The position numbers and the translations under genes are program-made. A stretch of 64,000 nucleotides of DNA from a virus (Duplodnaviria; Caudoviricetes), in the IMG/VR virus record IMGVR_UViG_3300031867_000020, positions 43,885 through 107,884 of that record; one strand, 5' to 3'. The notes beneath the pieces were generated by a model. The model worked only from the letters and a program-made list of their open reading frames with translations, did no database searches and was not told the DNA's origin. This document shows, in pieces, positions 30,314-38,510 of the stretch; the first letter of the stretch is position 1; each line of letters opens with the position of its first letter.

Positions 30314-30903
30314 TGATTCGGAGAGGGGTGCTTAGCACTATGGGCGCGAAATCATCTGGCACGGCGGTTGTCAATGACAGCACTAAATCCCTCGAAATGA
30401 ATTGGAGTGCCTCAAACAGAAGCGGAACCCTGTCCAGATTGTTTGACCGGTGCCCGCTCAGGGTGATATATCTGGCTGGCATAAAATCATTAGATGGGCC
30501 TGGTTATTTCTTCCAACATATGTACGACCTGAAGGCGGCTATCTTTCCTGATGCGACGACTGTTAGCGCAAATTATTTGCTCTGGGCTGCAGAATCAAAC
30601 AACATTCAGGAGCACGGTACTTATACCGCCGTAGATTTTCATAAGGCGGTGTCGATAAATGTCACATGCCCGTTCCGACTGGATGGCGGAGGGGACATGA
30701 TTCTTCGTGCAGACGAATTGTCAACGTCGAGGATGACAGCCACAACGTGGGGCGTGAACAAAAATATGCAGTTCTATGTTCCGCAAGCCTTGCTAACCGC
30801 ATACAGAGAAGCGGAAAACTGGAACACATTTGAAGCGACGAATTTTCATGCGATAGAGGGCAGTAAATACGAGAACGTCAACTGGTGGAAGTCGATCACC
30901 TGA
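30304..30903 (+). CDS. Degenerate BspA-like LRR protein
   Basis: MDLMIRR N-terminus; YVPQALLTAYREAENW C-cap typical of BspA-type LRR proteins. Confidence 0.55.
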   Translation: MDLMIRRGVLSTMGAKSSGTAVVNDSTKSLEMNWSASNRSGTLSRLFDRCPLRVIYLAGIKSLDGPGYFFQHMYDLKAAIFPDATTVSANYLLWAAESNNIQEHGTYTAVDFHKAVSINVTCPFRLDGGGDMILRADELSTSRMTATTWGVNKNMQFYVPQALLTAYREAENWNTFEATNFHAIEGSKYENVNWWKSIT

Positions 30904-30920
30904 CAGAAAGGAGCATCACC

Positions 30921-31277
30921 ATGCGTCAAATCTACGAAGTCAACGCGACCCATGTGGTCATCAGCGACTCACACCCGGAAGGCGTTTACAGCGTCCTGCC
31001 GGACTACCCGAAGCGGTTTGACAGCCGCAACTACAACGCGACCGAGCAGAACCCCAACGGCGACGAAGCCCGTGCCCTTGAGGTCGCACAGGCCGAGTTT
31101 TACAGCCGTGTCAGCGCGAACCTGACCGCCGCCAACCGCGCAATGTGGGCGGTGACACTGACCCGTGCGGACGGGAAACAGATCATGCGCGAGAGCCGGG
31201 GAGTTTTCCCGGACATGACGCCGGAGCCGGAACCGGAGACGGAGCCGAAGAACGAGATTCCTCTGGAAGACAACTGA
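30921..31277 (+). CDS. Hypothetical protein with a PEPE acidic tail
   Basis: SD AAGGAG precedes the ATG at 30921; paralogue of 31317-31598. Confidence 0.65.
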   Translation: MRQIYEVNATHVVISDSHPEGVYSVLPDYPKRFDSRNYNATEQNPNGDEARALEVAQAEFYSRVSANLTAANRAMWAVTLTRADGKQIMRESRGVFPDMTPEPEPETEPKNEIPLEDN

Positions 31278-31316
31278 ATAACAACTGAATATACTAACAA
31301 CTAAGGGGGAGTTGCA

Positions 31317-31598
31317 ATGGATCTTCATTTCTATGCACAGAAGAAGTTTGTCAAGAGCGGGACGCCTCAGACGCCTCAGAACTATCCTTATGCTACACGA
31401 GCTGAAGCCGAGCGGCAGTTCTATCTGCTCTGCGCTGCGGCTATCGCCAACACCAATGGTGACGATATCGTCTCCGTGGAGTATGGCACAATCGAACAGG
31501 GTGTGCTTGAGCGCAGGTTCTGGAACCATATACCGGAACCGGAACCCGAACCGGAAGTGGAAGAAACACCCGAAGACGAGGAACCCACTGAGGAGTGA
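31317..31598 (+). CDS. Hypothetical protein with a PEPE acidic tail
   Basis: AEAERQFY...AI.N motif and PEPEPEPE tail. Confidence 0.65.
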   Translation: MDLHFYAQKKFVKSGTPQTPQNYPYATRAEAERQFYLLCAAAIANTNGDDIVSVEYGTIEQGVLERRFWNHIPEPEPEPEVEETPEDEEPTEE

Positions 31599-31603
31599 GG
31601 TAA

Positions 31604-31708
31604 ATGAGTGGCATACTGCTTTTCGGAGCTGTGTTTATCATTCTGGTCGGTGTGATGTGCTGCCTGAAGATGGGGAGCGATGAGGATAACCGGGGCGGAT
31701 ACGCATGA
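31604..31708 (+). CDS. 34-aa single-pass membrane peptide (not in ORF track)
   Basis: MSGILLFGAVFIILVGVMCCLKMGSDEDNRGGYA; SD GAGGT; ATGA overlap with the endolysin start. Confidence 0.55.
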   Translation: MSGILLFGAVFIILVGVMCCLKMGSDEDNRGGYA

Positions 31709-32463
31709 AAACAGTCACCGTAGCTCAGCTGGAAGCCATCTTCAAAAAGATGTGGAAGGAAGACTGGGAATACATATGGGGAAAACATAAGGAAGGAACT
31801 GTTGATTGCAGCGGTTCTTTCGTCTATGCGTTCTCTTTGTATGGTATAAATTATCCTAATGGTTCCAATACTATCGCAAGAAAATATACCATCGGTGGCA
31901 TGAAACCAATCTCCGAAGCAAAACCCGGAATGGCAGCTTTTAAAATCAGGAAACCAGGCGAACAATATTACAACCTCCCGGCTAAGTACAAGCCGGGAGG
32001 TTCGTCTTACAATGGCGATGTTGCGGACTATTATCACATCGGCCTGGTGGATTATGACACGAATTACGTCCTGAATGCTCAAGGAACTAAGAACGACTTC
32101 GAAAGAAACAGGATTAACTCATGGGACTTCGTAGCCTACTTAAAATATGTAGACTACGAAACAAAATATCAACCACATGACGAGGTGAGTCCAATGACCT
32201 ACTATGTCAAAGGCGGCACGCTGAACCTTCGCGCGGCTGCCAGCACATCCAGTCTCCGTCTCGCCCAGATTCCTGAAGGCACAGCTGTCAAGGTTCTGGA
32301 GCAGAAATTGGACGACTGGTGGCTTATCGAATACGAAGGTAAGTCAGGATATGTTAAGCGCGAATATCTTGAAGAAAGGGCTTCTGGCGGCAGCACGATC
32401 ACTATATCGAGAGATCAGGCGACCGCACTCTATCAAGCATTGAAGGCTGCGCTGAATCTTTAA
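31705..32463 (+). CDS. Endolysin: NlpC/P60 peptidase plus SH3b cell-wall-binding domain
   Basis: YIWG...DCSG catalytic Cys, YYHIGL His, LNLRAAAST...GYVKREYL SH3b domain. Confidence 0.88.
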   Translation: MKTVTVAQLEAIFKKMWKEDWEYIWGKHKEGTVDCSGSFVYAFSLYGINYPNGSNTIARKYTIGGMKPISEAKPGMAAFKIRKPGEQYYNLPAKYKPGGSSYNGDVADYYHIGLVDYDTNYVLNAQGTKNDFERNRINSWDFVAYLKYVDYETKYQPHDEVSPMTYYVKGGTLNLRAAASTSSLRLAQIPEGTAVKVLEQKLDDWWLIEYEGKSGYVKREYLEERASGGSTITISRDQATALYQALKAALNL

Positions 32464-32469
32464 TAGGGG

Positions 32470-32952
32470 ATGATCCTTATGGAGGAAGCAATATTAAAAG
32501 CCCTTCAATGGTTGGAGGGACACTGGGGCTGGGTCGTCGGTGTGTTCTGCGTATTCTTCGAGGTTGCGCCGATCAAGATCCATCCCATTACGTCGATGCT
32601 CAGTTGGCTCGGCAGGAAACTGACGGATGAAATCCGCAAGGATATCGCTGAGCTGAAGAAAGATACGGACGCGAACTATGTCGCGCTGGAGAAGAGGCTT
32701 GCAGACAACGAGAAAGCCCTTGATATGCAGCGCATGGCCAACATTAAGACGCTTGTGCTGGACTTTGCCAATACGTGCAGGAATGGACACAGGCACACGA
32801 AGGAAGAGTTCGACTACGTGCTGTCAGAAAACGGCGTATACGAAACTCTTGTTGAGAAGTACAACATTAAGAACGACGTATATAAGGAAGATTATAAATA
32901 CGTCAAGAAGATCTATCAAGAATGTCTTGATCAGAACAAATTTCTGGCATAA
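32470..32952 (+). CDS. Lysis-region membrane protein (holin-associated family)
   Basis: N-terminal hydrophobic helix, EVAPIKIHP..WLG, VLDFAN.C..G..HTKEEFD motifs. Confidence 0.6.
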   Translation: MILMEEAILKALQWLEGHWGWVVGVFCVFFEVAPIKIHPITSMLSWLGRKLTDEIRKDIAELKKDTDANYVALEKRLADNEKALDMQRMANIKTLVLDFANTCRNGHRHTKEEFDYVLSENGVYETLVEKYNIKNDVYKEDYKYVKKIYQECLDQNKFLA

Positions 32953-32964
32953 GGAGTGACGAAA

Positions 32965-33234
32965 ATGGCACAAAGAACCCAGAAGTATATCCAATATTCC
33001 AAGAAGCTTGTGACCGCCATCATGATCGTATGGTGCGTGATCCGTGTGTTCTCTGTGCTTGCGTCTTTTCTGAAGCCGGAGATCGATCTGACAGGCATTG
33101 TCAGGGGAGTAGACGAAATAGCAATGGTAAATGTGCTCGCTTATACAGGTAACTCTGTCAGCGAGAAAATTGCCATTCAGTATTTCAACTCCAGGAAAGA
33201 AACAACCGAAGAGGACGAGGAGTCCAATGGATAA
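32965..33234 (+). CDS. Two-TM membrane protein, holin-like
   Basis: QYSKKLV plus hydrophobic segments and an acidic C-tail; start may be 32956 or 32965. Confidence 0.55.
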   Translation: MAQRTQKYIQYSKKLVTAIMIVWCVIRVFSVLASFLKPEIDLTGIVRGVDEIAMVNVLAYTGNSVSEKIAIQYFNSRKETTEEDEESNG

Positions 33235-33246
33235 GGAGTGTTTGCA

Positions 33247-33576
33247 ATGAACGAATTCATTATGGCGCTGGACTGGACCAAGATCATCATTTCTGCTTTA
33301 GGTATTTTTGTTGCTGTTTGTGCTGGTCTTATTACGAAGTATATCCTGCCGTGGCTCAAGGAAAAGAACCTTGTTGCTGCTGCGCAGGTTGCTGTTAACG
33401 CCGCTGAGGCTGTTATTGGCCGCTACAACGGGACGGAAAAGCTTCAGTACGCGCTTGACGTGATGAAGGAGCGCGGCTACAATATCAAAAGCAACGCTGT
33501 GATCAATGCCATTAAGGCTGCTTGGAAGGAACTTGACCTGTATATGCTGGCTTCCGGTATCAAGCAGGCAAGCTAA
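33247..33576 (+). CDS. Holin, LL-H family-like
   Basis: One TM followed by YILPWLK...AVNAAE...GTEKLQYA...IKAA. Confidence 0.75.
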   Translation: MNEFIMALDWTKIIISALGIFVAVCAGLITKYILPWLKEKNLVAAAQVAVNAAEAVIGRYNGTEKLQYALDVMKERGYNIKSNAVINAIKAAWKELDLYMLASGIKQAS

Positions 33577-33596
33577 GGTATCATGTGAGAAGAGAT

Positions 33597-33636
33597 AAAA
33601 AATGGGATGCCCTTTTTGTGGGGCATCCCATTTTTA
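33597..33636. terminator. Bidirectional rho-independent terminator
   Basis: 15-bp perfect inverted repeat AAAAATGGGATGCCC/GGGCATCCCATTTTT between the convergent gene blocks. Confidence 0.85.
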
Positions 33637-33751
33637 TTCGATCGTTGGTTAAAAAGACGATCTGAACCTTACCTGAAAGTAGGCTTGTTGCCATCTGATT
33701 CAATGGCAGCGAACATGTATAGCGAATGCTCGTATTATGCATTTACGTTGA

Positions 33752-33794
33752 TTGGTAAGGATGAGGTCGCCAGTTCGAATCTGGCTATCAGCTC
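33752..33794 (+). other. attP core: 3' half of tRNA-Thr(GGU)
   Basis: TTGGTAA GGATG AGGTC GCCAG TTCGAAT CTGGC TATCAGC T gives the anticodon loop, variable loop, T-arm and 3' acceptor strand. No 5' half is present upstream, and the site lies ~180 bp from the integrase 3' end. Confidence 0.88.
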
Positions 33795-33796
33795 GC

Positions 33797-33824
33797 AAAA
33801 CCAGTCAGAAATGGCTGGTTTTTT
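33797..33824 (+). terminator. Terminator immediately after the tRNA fragment
   Basis: AAAACCAGTCA GAAA TGGCTGGTTTTTT. Confidence 0.7.
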
Positions 33825-33891
33825 CGTTGCTTTGAGGCTAAAAATGCAGGAAATTGGTGGCTGACTTGCAAGTGACCATCCGATGCACATG

Positions 33892-33980
33892 TTTTAGTCA
33901 CATAGTTAGTCAACAGGCAATCCCCGAAGGCGTTGATTTACAAGGGTTTCAAGAACATTTTTAGTCACAAAGTTAGTCAC
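33892..33980 (+). repeat. Putative integrase arm-type sites
   Basis: TTTTAGTCACATAGTTAGTCA (33892) and TTTTAGTCACAAAGTTAGTCA (33959): two pairs of TTAGTCA direct repeats. Confidence 0.7.
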
Positions 33981-35034
33981 GTAACCTATCAAATTGGTAA
34001 CATTTGGAAATTGCTTCGGTGGCATCTGTCGAAGTGTTTCTTCCTTTATCATAATATTTTAAAGTCATCTGAGGGGTGGTATGACCGAGCATTTTTTGAA
34101 CAAGCTTCAAGTCATGGGTTATTGCGGAGATATCTGTGGCTACCGTGGTGCGAAATCTGCGCGGGGTAATTGGTTCGCTGAAGCCTGTGTCTCTTTTAAT
34201 TCTTTTGCGCATAGAGCGCAATTGAGTATAGGAAAGCGGCTTTTCTCCTCCGACAACAAATTCATCTGCTCTGCCTTTCAACGGAAGATACTGAATCATT
34301 TCCTGAGATATCCTCAGATCTCTTTTACTTGAAGAAGTTTTTGTACCTTCACAGAAGTATGGTTCGTTTCTTGTCGGGTGAGAGACAGTTGTTCTGATAT
34401 GAATGATATTGTTTTTTAAATCTACGTTCTTCCATTGTAAACCAAGAACTTCTTCCGGTCTGAGCGGTAAACAGATAGATAAAGCAAGCCAAGCTTTATC
34501 GTACTTGTCTTTTACTTTATTTAAATTTGTAGCAAGATAACGCATTTGCTCGACTGAATATGGTTTGGTTGCATCGGAGTCCTGACCTTTAATTTTCAAC
34601 GAAGGAGAATCCATAGGGTTTCGGTCGATAAGTTTATCTTCATATGCTGCTTTAAAAATTTGATTTAGAACATTTTTTGTTTTGTTTTTTGTGCTCTGTT
34701 TGGTATCGGACGACATACTGTTAAAAACTTCTTGAATGTCGGCAACTGTTATTTCTTCCATAATTTTGTTGCCTATCACAGGATAGATATGCAAATGCAA
34801 TTGTCGCTTATAAGAAATAGCCGTAACTTTGCTGATGTTTGGTTCTGAAAAAGTATGAAACCAATTATCTGCGTAGAATTGAAATTCGGTTTTACTGCAA
34901 GACTTACTCAACGTTTGACCGCTTAACAGTCTGCCAACATTTTCTGCGTACTCTTGTTCAGAGTTAGCACACACCCACATGTCAACATTATTTACTTTGA
35001 TGTGTCTTCTTATCTTTGAGCTATTGTTTGGCAC
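33973..35034 (-). CDS. int: Tyrosine recombinase/integrase
   Basis: LRPEEVLGL (R), TKT (K), TPRRFR, LGHTTPQMTLKYY (H, Y). The GTG start at 35034 has SD AAGGAG; an alternative ATG lies at 35142. Confidence 0.93.
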   Translation of the reverse strand: MPNNSSKIRRHIKVNNVDMWVCANSEQEYAENVGRLLSGQTLSKSCSKTEFQFYADNWFHTFSEPNISKVTAISYKRQLHLHIYPVIGNKIMEEITVADIQEVFNSMSSDTKQSTKNKTKNVLNQIFKAAYEDKLIDRNPMDSPSLKIKGQDSDATKPYSVEQMRYLATNLNKVKDKYDKAWLALSICLPLRPEEVLGLQWKNVDLKNNIIHIRTTVSHPTRNEPYFCEGTKTSSSKRDLRISQEMIQYLPLKGRADEFVVGGEKPLSYTQLRSMRKRIKRDTGFSEPITPRRFRTTVATDISAITHDLKLVQKMLGHTTPQMTLKYYDKGRNTSTDATEAISKCYQFDRLRD

Positions 35035-35140
35035 GGTAAAATCTCCTTCTTCTGGAGCATTCACTATACAGTTGCCAAGGTTCAAAGACAGAAGATCGCA
35101 AAGCTTGTCCAGCCTTGTGAGGATCTCCTGCTGTTGTTTC

Positions 35141-35168
35141 ATTATAGCATCACTTCCCAAAAACACAA
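35141..35168 (-). promoter_or_regulatory. Putative sigma-A promoter of the integrase
   Basis: TTGTGT-16 nt-TATAAT with an extended -10 TGn, just downstream of a hairpin. Confidence 0.5.
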
Positions 35169-35173
35169 GAATA

Positions 35174-35198
35174 GGGCGGCGTTTTGGTAACGCCACCC
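35174..35198 (-). terminator. Hairpin separating the early/middle operon from the integrase
   Basis: GGGTGGCGTT ACCAA AACGCCGCCC followed by TATTCTT on the minus strand. Confidence 0.55.
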
Positions 35199-35217
35199 AG
35201 CTCAACACGGTTAAAAA

Positions 35218-35781
35218 TTATGTATGGTATTCATATTTAATAAGCCACTCGACCTTGCCATTCTTGCACATCAGATCTCTGTATTCGTCGGTTGTCTTCG
35301 TGTACTTTTCTTTCGCGCTGCTAATCTTTTTCAGCAGATACTCCGGCCTGAGATCAGCCCTGCAAACTGGACAGAAATTATTCTTCAAATAGCTTTTTGC
35401 CAGCTTACTGCCACAGTTCTTGCAGGTAAGCATGGCGCTGGTCAGCTTCTCGGGATAAAGGAAGTTCGCCGCTTCATCAAATGCAAGCTTTTGTTTCCGA
35501 AGCTTGTTATACAAATTCTTTTCTTTTGCGGTTTCCGGAGCTATCTTCTCGGCATGATACCGTACAGCAAGGTTGTCGTACCAACCGCGATCCTTGCGCT
35601 TGATGACATCTTCTGCTTCCTGCTCATTCTTGCATACAGGAACATCTTCCAGCCAACGGATTTTGTCAATACCGTCACCACCTTCGCCGGCAGTTTGCCT
35701 TTGCACGTAAGAATTAATTTCTTTGAAAACAGCCTGTCGGTTACAATTTTCATCAAAACTCATATACTCAATGTTATGCAT
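35218..35781 (-). CDS. Hypothetical protein with a C-terminal zinc ribbon
   Basis: CKNCGS...CPVCRADLRP motif. Confidence 0.7.
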   Translation of the reverse strand: MHNIEYMSFDENCNRQAVFKEINSYVQRQTAGEGGDGIDKIRWLEDVPVCKNEQEAEDVIKRKDRGWYDNLAVRYHAEKIAPETAKEKNLYNKLRKQKLAFDEAANFLYPEKLTSAMLTCKNCGSKLAKSYLKNNFCPVCRADLRPEYLLKKISSAKEKYTKTTDEYRDLMCKNGKVEWLIKYEYHT

Positions 35782-36025
35782 TTTCTACCTCTTTATAATC
35801 ATCTGTATTTCCAATAGCTTCCATAAGACTTTCAAATATTTGTGCGAAAGCATCTTCTTTTGATTTTATGTCAGATGGAATACATGTACTATCTCACCAT
35901 AGATCAATGTCTGTTATTGCTAATAGTTTCTTAGTTGCCATTGTTAAGAAAACCAATTCCTAAAATTATCCTCACAGACTTGTTCATCATAATTATGAAA
36001 GAGAATTTGTTTAGCTATCTTTTCT

Positions 36026-36568
36026 TTATTCCTCGTCAAAATGAATTTCGTCTTTTGCTCTAATCATATTATCAGAAACGCCTTCTTTAAACCAAATGAT
36101 AAGTCGGTCCTTTTCGAAAATTGGCTTTCTCAAATCAGACCATTTCCAGTATTCCATGAGAAGATAATATGATTTACCTAAAAAGTCTTCCCTACGAATT
36201 ACTTTTCCATTTTCTGCATCAATAACATCTCCGTTTTCAATTCGAATGCCGTAATGAAGTTTGTTTTCAGGTCTATCTCTATAAACAATTTGACAAACAT
36301 TGTATTTTATTTTTTCAGGTTTGGATATTTCAGGCTCATCTGTCTCGAAATCAGGATTTTCAGACGCGGCATCGATCATCCAGCCGAGATAAACCTGAGC
36401 TTTCTTCAGATCTTCAACGCCGCCCTTCTTTCGCCAACGTGAAACATACTTTAACACATTGCCGCCGCAGTATTCAATGAATCCTTCATGCGTCAATGTG
36501 TCACGAATATAATCAATGACTTCTATCCTTTTGTCTGCATAGTGAACAGGACTGTTGACCATATCCAT
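36026..36568 (-). CDS. DUF3310 family protein (T7 gp1.7-like) with a C-terminal extension
   Basis: DMVNSPVHY...IEVID...GNVLKYVSRWRKKGGVEDLKKA..YL. Confidence 0.85.
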   Translation of the reverse strand: MDMVNSPVHYADKRIEVIDYIRDTLTHEGFIEYCGGNVLKYVSRWRKKGGVEDLKKAQVYLGWMIDAASENPDFETDEPEISKPEKIKYNVCQIVYRDRPENKLHYGIRIENGDVIDAENGKVIRREDFLGKSYYLLMEYWKWSDLRKPIFEKDRLIIWFKEGVSDNMIRAKDEIHFDEE

Positions 36569-36580
36569 ATAGAAATCCTC

Positions 36581-36859
36581 CTACAGATAGTTTTTTCCGA
36601 ATACTTCCATCCATTTTTCATGACTGTATTTTTCTTCAAAAGCTTTCTGGGCATCTCGTTTAAGTTGCAGGTTAAGATCTATTTCATATTGGGCTCCATG
36701 ATCGCCCGTGTGAAGATCATGGTTTAGCCAGACCCACAAACCATATTTTTCTGAAAGCTTTCTGTTTGCTGTGCCAGCCATGATGTGATGTTTTTCAAGG
36801 TTGATCCTGCTTCCTGAGATATAGCACTCTTTTTTCGTCTGAAGAATAGAATCACTCAT
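36581..36859 (-). CDS. Small HNH/Ref-like nuclease family protein
   Basis: CYISG...LEKHHI..G.ANRKLSEKYGLWVWL...H...FGKNYL. Confidence 0.65.
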   Translation of the reverse strand: MSDSILQTKKECYISGSRINLEKHHIMAGTANRKLSEKYGLWVWLNHDLHTGDHGAQYEIDLNLQLKRDAQKAFEEKYSHEKWMEVFGKNYL

Positions 36860-37223
36860 GTATCTCACCAATTGAAATGAACTTGCCTTCCTGGCTGTTG
36901 GCAAGTGCGAGCTTTATAGCTCTTTTAAGACCTCTGGCAACTCCGTAATGCCTTTGCTTTCGTTCACTCTCGGCTTCTGTTTTCAGCGCTTGAAGCAGAT
37001 CCATAGTGTCATTGAAGGTTCTAATTTTTGGCTTGTCTCTTTTACCAAGCGGACAGTCTTCGGTGTTGTAAAAATCCGCAAAGCTATGTAGCCCTTGTGT
37101 TTTTATATTTGAGCGGTGACGAAAACACGATGTATCGTTGCATTTGTCGCTCATACAGAACGTGATGTCATCACAGATCCAATCAATGAAATTCTTGGCT
37201 TTCTGTCTTTCCACTCTGCTCAA
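36852..37223 (-). CDS. Hypothetical protein (Cys-rich N-terminus)
   Basis: DITFC...C....CFRH motif; TTG start with SD. Confidence 0.6.
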   Translation of the reverse strand: MSRVERQKAKNFIDWICDDITFCMSDKCNDTSCFRHRSNIKTQGLHSFADFYNTEDCPLGKRDKPKIRTFNDTMDLLQALKTEAESERKQRHYGVARGLKRAIKLALANSQEGKFISIGEIHE

Positions 37224-37387
37224 GCGTTTTCCTCCTTCGTTTTAATTAGCTTTTTGACTTCAGTGATTGTATCGAGATACTGACTATACATTTCTTGCAT
37301 TTTTCCACCAGGTATAGCATTCATATAACATCGGGTGAAGTATGCATCTATCTCGTTCAGTGTTTCAAAAAGTGTCTTCTCCTCCAT
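37220..37387 (-). CDS. 55-aa hypothetical protein (not in ORF track)
   Basis: MEEKTLFETLNEIDAYFTRCY...KEENA; fills the gap and overlaps its neighbours. Confidence 0.5.
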   Translation of the reverse strand: MEEKTLFETLNEIDAYFTRCYMNAIPGGKMQEMYSQYLDTITEVKKLIKTKEENA

Positions 37388-37556
37388 CTTCAGTCTCTCT
37401 CTTCCATTCGTTATAAGTAGTAGTCTGCAAAAGCTTCATGATATCTCCAGAAATATCCTGAAGTGCCTAATCCGGGTCGACGCCGCAATCAATAGCAAAG
37501 TTGCAGATTTCGCTTATGATATGTACCAGAAACTCTATGTAATCGTATGTCTTCAT
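37365..37556 (-). pseudogene. 63-codon ORF interrupted by an in-frame TAG at 37467-37469
   Basis: SD AAGGA, then MKTYDYIEFLVHIISEICNFAIDCGVDPD*ALQDISGDIMKLLQTTTYNEWKRETEDGGEDTF. Confidence 0.5.
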
Positions 37557-37567
37557 GTTTTGTCCTT

Positions 37568-38275
37568 TCAGTAGTATACAGCTTCCTCCCGGTTGATGAA
37601 AAAGTGAATGCCACTCGCGCACTCGTTCCAGCGGTCTTCGTCAAACGGGCTTTCCGGCTCGACGGTTTCACCAACTCTGTATGCGAAGTGATTATCGTAG
37701 GTGGAGTGGGCTGTATCAATATCCGCTTTCGTGCCGTCGATGTTCTGAATCTCCAACACCAGAGCCTTGTCACAGCGACACTTTCTGCCCGTGGCACTAC
37801 AGCGCTTCGCGTCCTCTGGTATCTGTAACTTAACAATTAAATTTTTTGAGCACTTTTTCCAGCCGATGAATGAGCCTGTATCTGGGCACATCATCGCAAC
37901 AATTGGAGTGTTTTTTGCTCCACGCAGGTTTGCTACAAATATGTTTACTCCGTGCAAGTTGGTTCTGTACAAATTGGTTTCGTGCAAGTCGGCTCCGTAC
38001 AGGTCGGCTCCAAACAGGTCGGTTTCGTATAACTTGGCTCCGTGCAGGTCGGCTCTGTACAGGTTAGCTTCACACAGTTTGGCTTCGCGCAAGTCGGCTC
38101 CGGATAAGTTGGCTTTGTACAGATTAGCTCCGGACAGATCGACTCTAAACAGGTTGGCTCCGTGCAGGTCGGCTTCGGACAGATCGGCTCTATCGTATTC
38201 ATCCGGATCACTACTTGACACCCACCGTTTGTGCGCTTCCAGAACCTCTTTAAGATTTTTCCCATCATATTTCAT
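37568..38275 (-). CDS. Pentapeptide repeat protein with a DUF5758-like C-terminal domain
   Basis: About 18 A(D/N/K)Lxx repeats, then GSFIGWKK...KLQIPEDAKR.SATGRKCRC...ECASGIHFF. Confidence 0.9.
   Translation of the reverse strand: MKYDGKNLKEVLEAHKRWVSSSDPDEYDRADLSEADLHGANLFRVDLSGANLYKANLSGADLREAKLCEANLYRADLHGAKLYETDLFGADLYGADLHETNLYRTNLHGVNIFVANLRGAKNTPIVAMMCPDTGSFIGWKKCSKNLIVKLQIPEDAKRCSATGRKCRCDKALVLEIQNIDGTKADIDTAHSTYDNHFAYRVGETVEPESPFDEDRWNECASGIHFFINREEAVYY
37915..38190 (-). repeat. 15-bp degenerate tandem repeat (pentapeptide coding)
   Basis: Repeated GCC(G/A)AC(C/T)TG units. Confidence 0.85.
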
Positions 38276-38303
38276 ATTGCTGTTCTCCTTTTGTAAAGCG
38301 ATT

Positions 38304-38510
38304 CTACACTATAACCGCTTCTGCATAACTGCGGCTTTTCCCTAAATGTTTCAGATATTGTTCCCAACACGCGACGCCAACAGGATTAGGACAACAAGTG
38401 TCACGAAAGTCGCAATACTGTGGTAGCCATTCATCTATGTTGTTGAAATTACAGGCGCAATCATCACCCAATAAATCCGCAATGATGATGGCTATTTCAT
38501 GGTTATTCAT
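38304..38510 (-). CDS. Small Cys-rich hypothetical protein
   Basis: CAC...C....CC......CW; part of a coupled gene chain. Confidence 0.55.
   Translation of the reverse strand: MNNHEIAIIIADLLGDDCACNFNNIDEWLPQYCDFRDTCCPNPVGVACWEQYLKHLGKSRSYAEAVIV

Noticed and set aside
24674-30903. Diversity-generating retroelement or invertible shufflon in the fibre region
   Set aside because: No reverse transcriptase or invertase nearby. The repeats diverge at all bases rather than at adenines, and all cassettes lie on one strand.
33752-33794. Functional tRNA-Thr gene
   Set aside because: The 5' acceptor strand, D-arm and 5' anticodon stem are missing; it is interpreted as the attP core.
36026-36859. Readthrough fusion of the HNH/Ref-like gene and DUF3310 (in frame across a TAG)
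   Set aside because: Both ends match their family termini, and the downstream gene has its own AGGAGG SD.
37915-38190. CRISPR-like array
   Set aside because: These are 15-bp coding repeats without spacers; no CRISPR array was seen anywhere in the window.
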